Positions 48,121 through 56,172 of a stretch of DNA of 64,000 bases are shown here, in pieces; the first letter of the stretch is position 1; the number at the start of each line of letters is the position of its first letter. The position numbers were made by a program, and so were the translations under genes. Below the pieces are notes generated by a model. That model was given only the letters and a program-made list of their open reading frames with translations, ran no database searches and was not told the DNA's origin. This DNA is from a bacterium (GTDB taxonomy: Bacteria; JAAXHH01): positions 2,309,817-2,373,816 of the forward strand of contig OZ220749.1 in assembly GCA_965117045.1 (NCBI GenBank), written 5' to 3'.

Positions 48121-48206
48121 GCGGCCACAGCTTGTGGTTCCCGGCCACAGCTTGTGGTTCCCGGCCACAGCTTGTGGTTCCCGGCTACAGCTTGTAGTTC
48201 CCGGCG
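48121..48206. repeat. 4 x 20-bp tandem repeat (ccggccacagcttgtggttc) overlapping the 3' end of the minus-strand gene
   Basis: Three perfect copies plus one degenerate copy. The degenerate copy encodes the C-terminus ...AGNYKL and the stop. Each unit contains the hairpin CCACA-gct-TGTGG. Confidence 0.8.
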
Positions 48207-49456
48207 TTGATGGTGAGTGTTCCGTCGTCGTGCTCCTCGTGCTCTTCTTGCTCCCCCTGCGCTTCATCGTCACTTTCCGCCTCTTCGGCCGCCTCGTGCA
48301 TCGTGCCTTCATTGACGACCATTCTTGCTTCTACCGCGCTCATCTGGTCCGGAAAGCAGGTTATCGTACCCCAGTTGTAAACTGCGACCAGACGATCATA
48401 CAGCATCCTGGCGTCCACGTCTTCATCGATGGTCACGTTTCCCGAATTGTACAACGTGGCGGTCCCGTCGATCAGATCCAGGCGCGACTGACGTAGCGTA
48501 AGATCGGTCTCCACGGCCCAGAGAGCGCCGCCATAGAAGATGACATCGGTGTTCAATGTATCGCATATGCCCGAGAAGACTTCGCCCAGCGGTTCCGGAC
48601 ACAGGACCCTGCCCGCGCAGACGAGTCTGTCGAGCGCCCTGGCCAATGCGTCTGCGTCCACATTCTCCTGAATGGTGACGTTGCCGCTGGCGTAGACCTT
48701 TCTCCCCTTCCATGACCGGATGCTTCCGGCGGTCAGCGACAGGTCGCGTTCGACCAGTTCATGTTCTTCAGGCACGACGGCCGTCTCTGGAGTACGGGTC
48801 CCGGAATCATACTTGGAACGAAGCACACGGACGTTTTCCGCGCAGCAGAGGACATTGCCCCTGACGTGGACGGTATTGATCTTCCGGTCGAGCGCGTCGT
48901 CCGGCACAGGCTCCGGAATCCGGAGACTCCCGGTGATGACAAGGTCCGCGCTATCGGCCAGCGATGCCAGATAGACTTCATCCAGCACGACGTCGCCGTG
49001 AACGAGTTGCGCAGAGGCCCTGTACGACGTGAGTTCGCCCATATTGGACGTCAGTTTGGTCGTAATCGGCCCGGCCACGTGCTCCGGATACAGGATGGTC
49101 CCCATGTTGATGATTTCACTCCATGATTCGTTCACTCCCTCGGCGGTGACATCCGGTTCCAGCGTGATGTTGCTCATGTTTATGACAAGAAACGGCTCTT
49201 CTCCGCCGGAAAACGCATCCCGGCCCATGATCTCATCTGACATGACCGTCTTCAGCCTGCCTTCTTTGGAGACCTCAATCACGTTTCCCAGGTTGTTGGA
49301 AAACATAGACAGATAGCCCCTGGTTTCCGGCGTCACGAGTACGTTGCCGGCATTGATATGCAAGATCCTGGACGCCACCTGTTCCGTGGTTTCCCGCATG
49401 TCCAGGTTACCGCAGTTTAGCCGAACTGAACGGGGGTCGCGTTCTTCGAGGTTCAT
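48185..49456 (-). CDS. Repeat-containing putative adhesin-like (DUF4097-like) protein, probable anti-sigma-factor partner
   Basis: Internal repeats (GNVLVTPE, GNVIEV, GNVTIQENVDADAL, GNVTIDEDVDARML) and an acidic tail. Immediately downstream of an ECF sigma gene. Start at ATG 49456 with AGGAGG upstream. Confidence 0.4.
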   Translation of the reverse strand: MNLEERDPRSVRLNCGNLDMRETTEQVASRILHINAGNVLVTPETRGYLSMFSNNLGNVIEVSKEGRLKTVMSDEIMGRDAFSGGEEPFLVINMSNITLEPDVTAEGVNESWSEIINMGTILYPEHVAGPITTKLTSNMGELTSYRASAQLVHGDVVLDEVYLASLADSADLVITGSLRIPEPVPDDALDRKINTVHVRGNVLCCAENVRVLRSKYDSGTRTPETAVVPEEHELVERDLSLTAGSIRSWKGRKVYASGNVTIQENVDADALARALDRLVCAGRVLCPEPLGEVFSGICDTLNTDVIFYGGALWAVETDLTLRQSRLDLIDGTATLYNSGNVTIDEDVDARMLYDRLVAVYNWGTITCFPDQMSAVEARMVVNEGTMHEAAEEAESDDEAQGEQEEHEEHDDGTLTINAGNYKL

Positions 49457-49554
49457 CGTTTTCCTCCTGTGCTTTGGCATGCATCCGCAATCGGGAATTT
49501 ACAACTGGGCCGCCTCGGCATCGTACTTTCCGTGTATTCGATGCCGGGGCATCG

Positions 49555-50067
49555 TCAGGCGAATCGGGTTTTTCGCGCACGCAGCTTCCTGATGGCCACG
49601 TGCAGGCGGAAACGGACCGTGGAAGCCGGAATACCCGTCCGACTGGCGATTTCCTCGCTGGTCATCCCCATCACGAAACGCATATGAAAGAGATCATGAT
49701 CTTTCTCCGGTATGTGCCTCATCATCTCCGGTAAGCTGATCGTTTCGAATAAACGTGCATCCGAATCAGACCGCCATCCGGCGGTTTTGTGGATCGACTC
49801 CTCCTTTAGGATATGATGTAATGTCCCTAGAAATGCCCTTTCCCTTTGCCGGGTACGCTGCTTGTCCACGAACAGATTGCCCATGGTCCGGAACAGCCAG
49901 GCACGTCTCCGGTGGGGCGACAGTGATTTGAGCAGACTGAGGTTTCTCATGGCCCGAATGAACGTTTCCTGTAGCAGATCGTCCGCGTTGTCTTGGTCCG
50001 CGGTCAGCCGTCGAGCGTGCTTCATCAGTTGAGCGGCATACGTTTCATAAAGATCACCGACAGTCAT
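49555..50067 (-). CDS. ECF-subfamily RNA polymerase sigma-70 factor
   Basis: Region 2 (DLLQETFIRAMRNL) and region 4 HTH (EEIASRTGIPASTVRFRLHVAIRKL). Confidence 0.8.
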   Translation of the reverse strand: MTVGDLYETYAAQLMKHARRLTADQDNADDLLQETFIRAMRNLSLLKSLSPHRRRAWLFRTMGNLFVDKQRTRQRERAFLGTLHHILKEESIHKTAGWRSDSDARLFETISLPEMMRHIPEKDHDLFHMRFVMGMTSEEIASRTGIPASTVRFRLHVAIRKLRARKTRFA

Positions 50068-50332
50068 GCGCGGATCCGATCATCAACCTGAAAGCAAATG
50101 AAATCGAAGCGGTTCTCATGTTTACGGCGACCTGGCGTCCAGGACGGTCTGCCGCGAGTGGCGCTCTACTTATTACGACGAGTCACAATGAGAAACCGTT
50201 TGAAAAAAGAACGTGAATACCTTTGTGGACGAAACTAAAACCCGGCCAGGCAAGTCAATACAGAGCGATACCTGGCACTCATGCCGTTGTGACTGATCAC
50301 CCCATCTACGAGATACCGGTCAGGGAGGGTAT

Positions 50333-51994
50333 ATGTGGCCAGCGTTGCGGGATTTCCTGAACGTACCCGAAGAGTTGACGGGAAAAGGCGTCCGTATCGC
50401 CGTCGTCGACGGCGATTTCCCGAATCACCCCGATATAACCGCGAACCCACACCGCACGACGTACAAAGTAATGGTGATGGATCCAGATCCGGAACCCAAG
50501 GAGTTCACCGCCGAACCCGGACCGTGGAAAGGCGGCGCGCACGGGCTCTGGGCCGCGGCCGCCGCGGCGGGCTCCGGTGCCGAATCCTGGGGATTGTTCA
50601 AGGGTCTGGCTCCGGATGCCGAACTCTTTCTCATCGCCCAGTATTTCCCTGGCCAGAGCCGGCAGCCGGAAAAACGCGAAGAAGCACACGTAAGATCGCT
50701 GGAGTGGATCAGGGACAACTGGCGGAAGTATGAGATACGGGGGGTTTTATCGGCAAGAAAAAGCGTTATAGACGCAAGTCTTCTGCCCTGGCAGACGGAC
50801 GCCGTCAAGATCTTGTGTGAAGAAATCGCGTCCGAGGGGGTGCTTCTTGTATCCGGTTCGGGTAACATTCCCGACCGGACGGTCGCTATGGCAGAAGCAG
50901 CGGCCCCTTCCGTTCTTTCTGTCGGCGGGGTCGTGATTCCATCGAATGGGGCTCCCCGGAGCGCGGGAGTTTTTCCCGGATGCCGGGGAACGACTTTCGA
51001 AGGTAAGTGGATACCGGAAATCCTGGCTCCGGCTGCAAACATCGTGCTGCCCCATGGGACCGACGAAGAGATCGAGCAACACTACTATGGAAAGACGGAT
51101 GAACTGCCGAACCGATATGCGCGGCTGCACGGGACCTCGTTTGCCGGACCGATCGTCCTCGGCGCCGCGGCCTGTCTGTGGCAGGCGCGGCCCGAATGGA
51201 CGAGCCAGGTAATGAAATCGGCCCTCATCGAATCGTCCATGCATCAGCCGGGGTGGGCCGACCTGCGCGCCGGCCTCGTTTCGGTCCGGGCCGCCCTGGG
51301 CTCGAAGCCATCGGCAGTCCGGCGTGACCACGTAATCTGGCCCCGCCAGATCCGGACCGTGTTACGCTCGCTATCGGTAGCGTCCAGACTGGGGATGCTG
51401 GGAGATAGCGATCCGGAACACGTGATAGCGGCCATCCTATCTTACGTTGGGGGCGAGGACGCGCTGCCGGACGAAGTCCTGATACCCTTCCGGACGTGCT
51501 TGCGACATCCGGATCCCCGCGTCCGCGCCGCTGCGCTGTGTGCCCTTGCCATGGGAACCTCTCCGGTAAACGCTTCCGAGATTCTCGAAGCGCTCAGAGA
51601 CGATTCTCCCTTCGTCCGCGCCGCCATCATATACCTGCTGTGCAATCATTCGGATCTGTGGTCCGACAGCGCCAAGGTGTTGCCGGACCTCTTCAACGAT
51701 ACGAATCCGGATGTCCGCTACGCGGCTCTTCAACTCGCCGGACGGATGGCGGACCCGCGAATGGCCGGCGCAATCCTGGCCGGCATGGAGGAGGACGCCT
51801 GGGCGAATCGAATCTCGAGCTTTGGAGCCCGGAGAGTGGCCCTGGAGGCGATAACAGGCCATCGGCTGGATGTGAAGCCGCCTTACAGGCACGGTGAGCC
51901 GTTCTATTCCGACGACCGCCGCGCATCCAGGCTGGATCTCGCACGCCGGTGGAACGAGTGGATCCGGGAAGAGTGGTTGCCGGGGCGTGCGTAG
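50333..51994 (+). CDS. S8 (subtilisin-like) serine peptidase fused to C-terminal HEAT-repeat domain
   Basis: Catalytic triad context: VVDGDFPNHPD (Asp), HGLWAAA (His) and GTSFAGPIV (Ser). The C-terminal third has PDPRVRAAALCAL, DSPFVRAAIIYLL and NPDVRYAALQLAG, which are HEAT-like. Confidence 0.7.
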   Translation: MWPALRDFLNVPEELTGKGVRIAVVDGDFPNHPDITANPHRTTYKVMVMDPDPEPKEFTAEPGPWKGGAHGLWAAAAAAGSGAESWGLFKGLAPDAELFLIAQYFPGQSRQPEKREEAHVRSLEWIRDNWRKYEIRGVLSARKSVIDASLLPWQTDAVKILCEEIASEGVLLVSGSGNIPDRTVAMAEAAAPSVLSVGGVVIPSNGAPRSAGVFPGCRGTTFEGKWIPEILAPAANIVLPHGTDEEIEQHYYGKTDELPNRYARLHGTSFAGPIVLGAAACLWQARPEWTSQVMKSALIESSMHQPGWADLRAGLVSVRAALGSKPSAVRRDHVIWPRQIRTVLRSLSVASRLGMLGDSDPEHVIAAILSYVGGEDALPDEVLIPFRTCLRHPDPRVRAAALCALAMGTSPVNASEILEALRDDSPFVRAAIIYLLCNHSDLWSDSAKVLPDLFNDTNPDVRYAALQLAGRMADPRMAGAILAGMEEDAWANRISSFGARRVALEAITGHRLDVKPPYRHGEPFYSDDRRASRLDLARRWNEWIREEWLPGRA

Positions 51995-52023
51995 GGTCTC
52001 GCCCATTCATTTACGAAGAAGAA

Positions 52024-52192
52024 ATGGGTATCAATGTACGGCTATATCTCTTGTCGTTTAACGGTAAGCGTTGTACTTAAAGTGCGGCGATCGCGCTGGC
52101 CAGTACAGCATAAGGATAAACGCAAAGTGGCGTATATGCTTCACGTAGAGAAACGGCGATGCATACGATGTTGAAATCGTGGAATATCATTT
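52024..52192 (+). pseudogene. higB: Decayed higB toxin remnant upstream of intact higA
   Basis: Conceptual translation across frames gives ...FNGKRCT*...DRAGQYSIRINAKWRICFT*...DAYDVEIVEYH. This parallels the intact HigB (LRGARFGQHSIRINDQYRVCFVW...DVEIVDYH) but has a deletion, two in-frame stops and a frameshift. Confidence 0.55.
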
Positions 52193-52204
52193 GGAGACCG
52201 TGCC

Positions 52205-52525
52205 ATGCGTAATGAGAAACTGGCTCCTGTACACCCAGGCGGGATTCTTATGGAAGAGTTCCTTAAGCCGATGAATCTGAGTCAGAACCGGCTTGCACTT
52301 TCCATGGGCGTACCCGCACGTTGCATCAACGAAATCGTCCTTGGGAAGCGAGTAATTACCGCCGATACCGCCCTTAGACTGGCGCGCTACTTCGGCATGC
52401 CGCCCCAATTTTGGATGGGCATTCAGATGGACTATGCGCTTGATGTTGCCGAAGACGAACTCTCAGATCGACTGGCGCACGAGGTTCGACCTCATCCAGA
52501 TTCGAAACGGGTGACATCTTCTTGA
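52205..52525 (+). CDS. higA: HigA-type HTH antitoxin (orphan, paralog of 45166-45480)
   Basis: VHPGGILMEEFLKPMNLSQNRLALSMGVPARCINEIVLGKR is about 55% identical to the first HigA. Confidence 0.75.
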   Translation: MRNEKLAPVHPGGILMEEFLKPMNLSQNRLALSMGVPARCINEIVLGKRVITADTALRLARYFGMPPQFWMGIQMDYALDVAEDELSDRLAHEVRPHPDSKRVTSS

Positions 52526-53214
52526 ACATCACCGCAATTTCCTTCGACGTCGACCAGACCCTGATCGACACGGACCGGATCATCATGCGATCCATGGAGT
52601 CCGTTCGCGATGAACTGATTAAGCGCGTACCGGGCTTGCGAACCAGGAGCCTGACGGTAGAGGAGATGTGGTCTATTCGCGATCGGGAAGAGAAAGGTTA
52701 CACGGGAAATGTGAGAGACTTCGACGAGATCCGGCGGAGGTCTTTCCTCCGGATGCTTGATCATGTCGGATACACGGGCCCCGATCTCTCGACGCGTCTC
52801 AACGAAGTATACCTGGAGCACCGGTACAACGACCTCGAGCCTTACGAAGATGTCGTCCCCATGCTCAATGCCCTCGGTCCGTGCTTCAAACTCGGTCTGC
52901 TGTCGAACGGCAACAACTACCCGGAGTACTTCGGACTCGCGGATCGTTTTGACTTTTCCGTCTATGCCCAGGATATCGGTATTGAGAAGCCGGATCCGAG
53001 GACGTTTCAGATTGCGGTCGAACAGTCGGGTTGTAGTCTGGACGAACTGCTACACGTGGGAGATTCGCTGGAATCCGACATCGAAGGCGCGCAGGCCGTC
53101 GGGATACGCGCGGTGTGGCTGAACCGCCATGGCGCGTCCAACGATACGGGTATCAAACCCGACTATGAAATCCGCTCATTAACCGAACTGCCTGGCCTGT
53201 TGAGTTTGGGTTGA
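52522..53214 (+). CDS. HAD-family hydrolase
   Basis: Motif I FDVDQTL, motif III K, and motif IV GDSLESD. TTG start overlapping the higA stop. Confidence 0.65.
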   Translation: MNITAISFDVDQTLIDTDRIIMRSMESVRDELIKRVPGLRTRSLTVEEMWSIRDREEKGYTGNVRDFDEIRRRSFLRMLDHVGYTGPDLSTRLNEVYLEHRYNDLEPYEDVVPMLNALGPCFKLGLLSNGNNYPEYFGLADRFDFSVYAQDIGIEKPDPRTFQIAVEQSGCSLDELLHVGDSLESDIEGAQAVGIRAVWLNRHGASNDTGIKPDYEIRSLTELPGLLSLG

Positions 53215-53286
53215 GACGAATTCGAGACGTATTCACGTGCAGCCAAAGTCAAGAAACATCATTCGGACTGGGAACATCATTCGGAC

Positions 53287-53868
53287 ATGTCAGATCCCTT
53301 TGCCGGACACCAGATACATCTGCAAACCGCTCGCCTACGTCTTCGTCCTTTCCGGGAGGCGGATTTCGAGGTCGCGGCGGCCTATTACCAGGATCCCGAA
53401 TTCCTGAATGCCATGGAAGGAGAACCGCCGGACGAGCCTCCGACGGCGAATTCACTCAAACGGGTGGGCAGGATCATGGCGGAGCAAGGGTTCCTCTTTG
53501 CCATCGTGGAAAGGGCGAGCGGCCGGACGATCGGCGAAGTTTGCCTTCAGTGGATGAATCTGGACCGCGCGAAAGTCGTGGGCGAGAAGGTGATGCGCAT
53601 GCCGATCGGGATTTGGGACAAGTCCTTGTGGGGCCGGGGATACGGCAAGGAAGTAGTATGCTGTTTGATGGAATATGCGTTTCAGATGCTGGAAATCGAC
53701 CGGCTTCGTCCCGTGGATGTTTCCGCGGACAACGCCCGTTCCGTCGCGCTATGGCAAGCCTGCGGACTGACGATCGCTGGTGAATCGTCGGACGGAAAGT
53801 TAGATTTCGAGATCACGCGGTCGGAATACGTCCCCCAACGCCCGTTTCATCCTACAAAGAACCCATAA
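53287..53868 (+). CDS. GNAT family N-acetyltransferase (RimJ/RimL-like)
   Basis: LRLRPFREADFE and WGRGYGKEVVCCLMEYAF match the GNAT core. Confidence 0.6.
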   Translation: MSDPFAGHQIHLQTARLRLRPFREADFEVAAAYYQDPEFLNAMEGEPPDEPPTANSLKRVGRIMAEQGFLFAIVERASGRTIGEVCLQWMNLDRAKVVGEKVMRMPIGIWDKSLWGRGYGKEVVCCLMEYAFQMLEIDRLRPVDVSADNARSVALWQACGLTIAGESSDGKLDFEITRSEYVPQRPFHPTKNP

Positions 53869-53897
53869 GAGCGACTCGACGAAGGAACGGATTCGAT

Positions 53898-54383
53898 CTA
53901 CTCCACTCGGCAGAACGCCAGCCGCTCTCCGACGAATCCCTCGCGCCAGACGCTGTTGCACGCCTCCACCATCTCCTCGAGGTTCTCCGTGACTTCGGCG
54001 AAACGATTTCCGGGGACCAGCCCCATGTTGGGCGACAGGATCAGATTATCCCGACCGTAGAAGATCGCGAGATCGACCAGGCCCGTGCTAAAGGCGGCCT
54101 CACACAACAATGGGACGTTGACGGCGCCGGGCGGGAAGTAGAAGTAGAGCAGGTCGCCGGTGATCGGGGTAATAGTGGGATTCTCCATACCTGGCTCGCA
54201 CGCCGCGAAGGGTGGGACAAGGGTATAGACCTCGTTGCTCGCGTACTTGGCGTGATAGGCATCATTCTCCTGCGGCAGGGCATTCCACATCGCCTCGCAC
54301 GTCTTCGGTGCAAGGTCATCGAGCAGCCGTGCGACGCAACTCACACCGCGTTTTCTCAAGGTCACTTCGATAAATCGATCCAT
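53898..54383 (-). CDS. Hypothetical protein, possibly cyclophilin-like DUF3830 family
   Basis: 161 aa. The DUF3830 assignment is from memory of family length and pattern only. Confidence 0.25.
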   Translation of the reverse strand: MDRFIEVTLRKRGVSCVARLLDDLAPKTCEAMWNALPQENDAYHAKYASNEVYTLVPPFAACEPGMENPTITPITGDLLYFYFPPGAVNVPLLCEAAFSTGLVDLAIFYGRDNLILSPNMGLVPGNRFAEVTENLEEMVEACNSVWREGFVGERLAFCRVE

Positions 54384-54465
54384 GCCGGTCTCCTATCGTC
54401 CTTGTAAAGCATCCTGGTTTCAGGCAAAACTGGTTCTTTCCCTTTCGAACACATCCGTCCGGATA

Positions 54466-55209
54466 CTATCCGTCAAGATCAGCGGCATGCCACGACTTCC
54501 ATAACCGACCCAGCTTGGACTGTGGCGCCGACCTGTTCGCCAGCCGCAGGGCCTCCCACATCGTCACCTGGTTCGCGGTCAACACCGTTTTGCCCACCGC
54601 AGCTTCGAGCTCCTGCAGAAATCCTGCGGTGTGCAGCGCGGTGTCTGGAATCAGTACGGCTTCCGCGTCGGGATGATCGTTGGCCCGGGCAAAGCGCAGC
54701 ACCTCTTCGCGACCGATAAGCGCGGATTCGTCCCCCGACCATACATCAAGACATCCCAGGTGGACCACTTCCCTGCCATCCGTCTCCAGGAAATCCCGGA
54801 AGAGTGATGACAGTGCTTCGGGGTAGGTCGCGGCCACGGCGACCCGTTTCAAACCGAGGGCTCTGCATGCGCTGAGGAAGGCCAGCGACGTACTCGATGA
54901 CGGTACACCGAGCGCATCTGCCAGATCCTTCACCTGGCGACGCGCACCTTCCACACCGAACGCGAAGCTTGCACTGGTGCAGGCCCAAAGGCAGATATCG
55001 ACTTCGTGGGGACGCAGTTCCTCCGCGCCCGCCAACAGGTGTTCCCGGCTGCCGGTGACCTGCGTCTCGTCGATACGATGCAGGTTAGGGCTTTCGGTAT
55101 GCACCACCCGGACATCCACCGCTGGCTTCAATGCGGCGCCGAGACGAGGGTAGTCGTCTTCCGCGGAATACGCAGGATAGAGGACGCCGACCATCAGCCT
55201 GTCTTCCAT
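54466..55209 (-). CDS. Asp/Glu/hydantoin racemase superfamily protein (maleate isomerase / arylmalonate decarboxylase-like)
   Basis: Two Cys-containing half-site motifs (LWACTSASF and the C-terminal region) in an Asp/Glu-racemase-like fold, judged from the sequence pattern. Confidence 0.55.
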   Translation of the reverse strand: MEDRLMVGVLYPAYSAEDDYPRLGAALKPAVDVRVVHTESPNLHRIDETQVTGSREHLLAGAEELRPHEVDICLWACTSASFAFGVEGARRQVKDLADALGVPSSSTSLAFLSACRALGLKRVAVAATYPEALSSLFRDFLETDGREVVHLGCLDVWSGDESALIGREEVLRFARANDHPDAEAVLIPDTALHTAGFLQELEAAVGKTVLTANQVTMWEALRLANRSAPQSKLGRLWKSWHAADLDG

Positions 55210-55212
55210 ACG

Positions 55213-55992
55213 TCACGAATCCTCACTCAGGTAGTCGTAAACAATCCGTGCATATCCCTCGGAATAGCTGCTCTCCATGTGGAAAGCGTCTCCGTATTCG
55301 AGCGGCGCCAGCGGCGTGAGGTCGCACCGCGGGGCGACACCGAGATCGATAGTGCCCTTCCCCTGCGCGGCCGAATGCACTTCCACGTTCTGGGCCGTTT
55401 CGGTGCAGTCGATCAACTGCTTTATCGCAGACCCCGGACCGTCTGCCCGGGGGATGATCTTCAACCGCCAGGCCGGGGTAAGGGCCGGCATGGCGTCGTG
55501 CGCGTCGTGCGCGTCGTGCGCGTCGTGGGCGTCGTGGGCGGCACGGACGAACATGGTCGAACTGATCTTCAACACGGGCACACCGCCATAGGAAGTTTCC
55601 GTCACCATGGACCGATCGTCATGGGTCACCTTCATGTCCGCGTACACCTTCGGCGTCCCGTAAATCTCCCGGCCCGCGGCGATGCCGGCGGGGCCGTTAT
55701 GGAATACATGGGAACAGTAGTACCCGGTTTGATCCCGGAAATGGCATTTCATCACGATAAACGACTCTTCGAAGGACCCGTAGTGCTCACAATCGGGTAC
55801 CTCCAATCCGGAGGCCACGCACAGCCCGTCCTCCGCCGCTTCCAGTGGCTCAGGCAGGAAACGCTGAACCGCGGCCGGTTCGGCGTGGAAGAAGACAAAC
55901 TGGAACCGCACGTTTCGGTAGACCGCCGGCAGAGGCGGATAGAAGGGGTTGGACGCCGGTATGTTCCAGCCGTCTTCGTGTTTGAGTCTCAT
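55213..55992 (-). CDS. Acetoacetate decarboxylase (ADC) family protein with internal (HDA)5 repeat
   Basis: ADC-like N-terminus FYPPLPAVYRNVRFQF and a Lys-containing C-terminal half. The HDAHDAHDAHDAHDA insertion is encoded by a 9-bp x5 repeat. Confidence 0.55.
   Translation of the reverse strand: MRLKHEDGWNIPASNPFYPPLPAVYRNVRFQFVFFHAEPAAVQRFLPEPLEAAEDGLCVASGLEVPDCEHYGSFEESFIVMKCHFRDQTGYYCSHVFHNGPAGIAAGREIYGTPKVYADMKVTHDDRSMVTETSYGGVPVLKISSTMFVRAAHDAHDAHDAHDAHDAMPALTPAWRLKIIPRADGPGSAIKQLIDCTETAQNVEVHSAAQGKGTIDLGVAPRCDLTPLAPLEYGDAFHMESSYSEGYARIVYDYLSEDS
55493..55537. repeat. 5 x 9-bp perfect/near-perfect in-frame tandem repeat (gcgtcgtgc) inside the ADC-family gene
   Basis: Read directly from the sequence; it encodes (His-Asp-Ala)5 on the minus strand. 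Confidence 0.8.
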
Positions 55993-56172
55993 GTGTGGGC
56001 CCCGGGCCGCGGCGGGCGATGCGATTCATTTAACGTTCAGGACCATGCTTCTTGTCATTAACTTACAGACCTGCCATATTAGGTACAGGATGAATTCGCC
56101 AGCAGCTGCTCAAACATCTTCGCCATCGGTTACGCCAACGTTAATTGTTACCACATCAACCGGAAGCGGGTC

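Noticed and set aside
48121-48206. Possible CRISPR array at the 20-bp tandem repeats
   Set aside because: Units are directly adjacent with no spacers and only 4 copies, one of which is part of a coding sequence. No cas genes are nearby.
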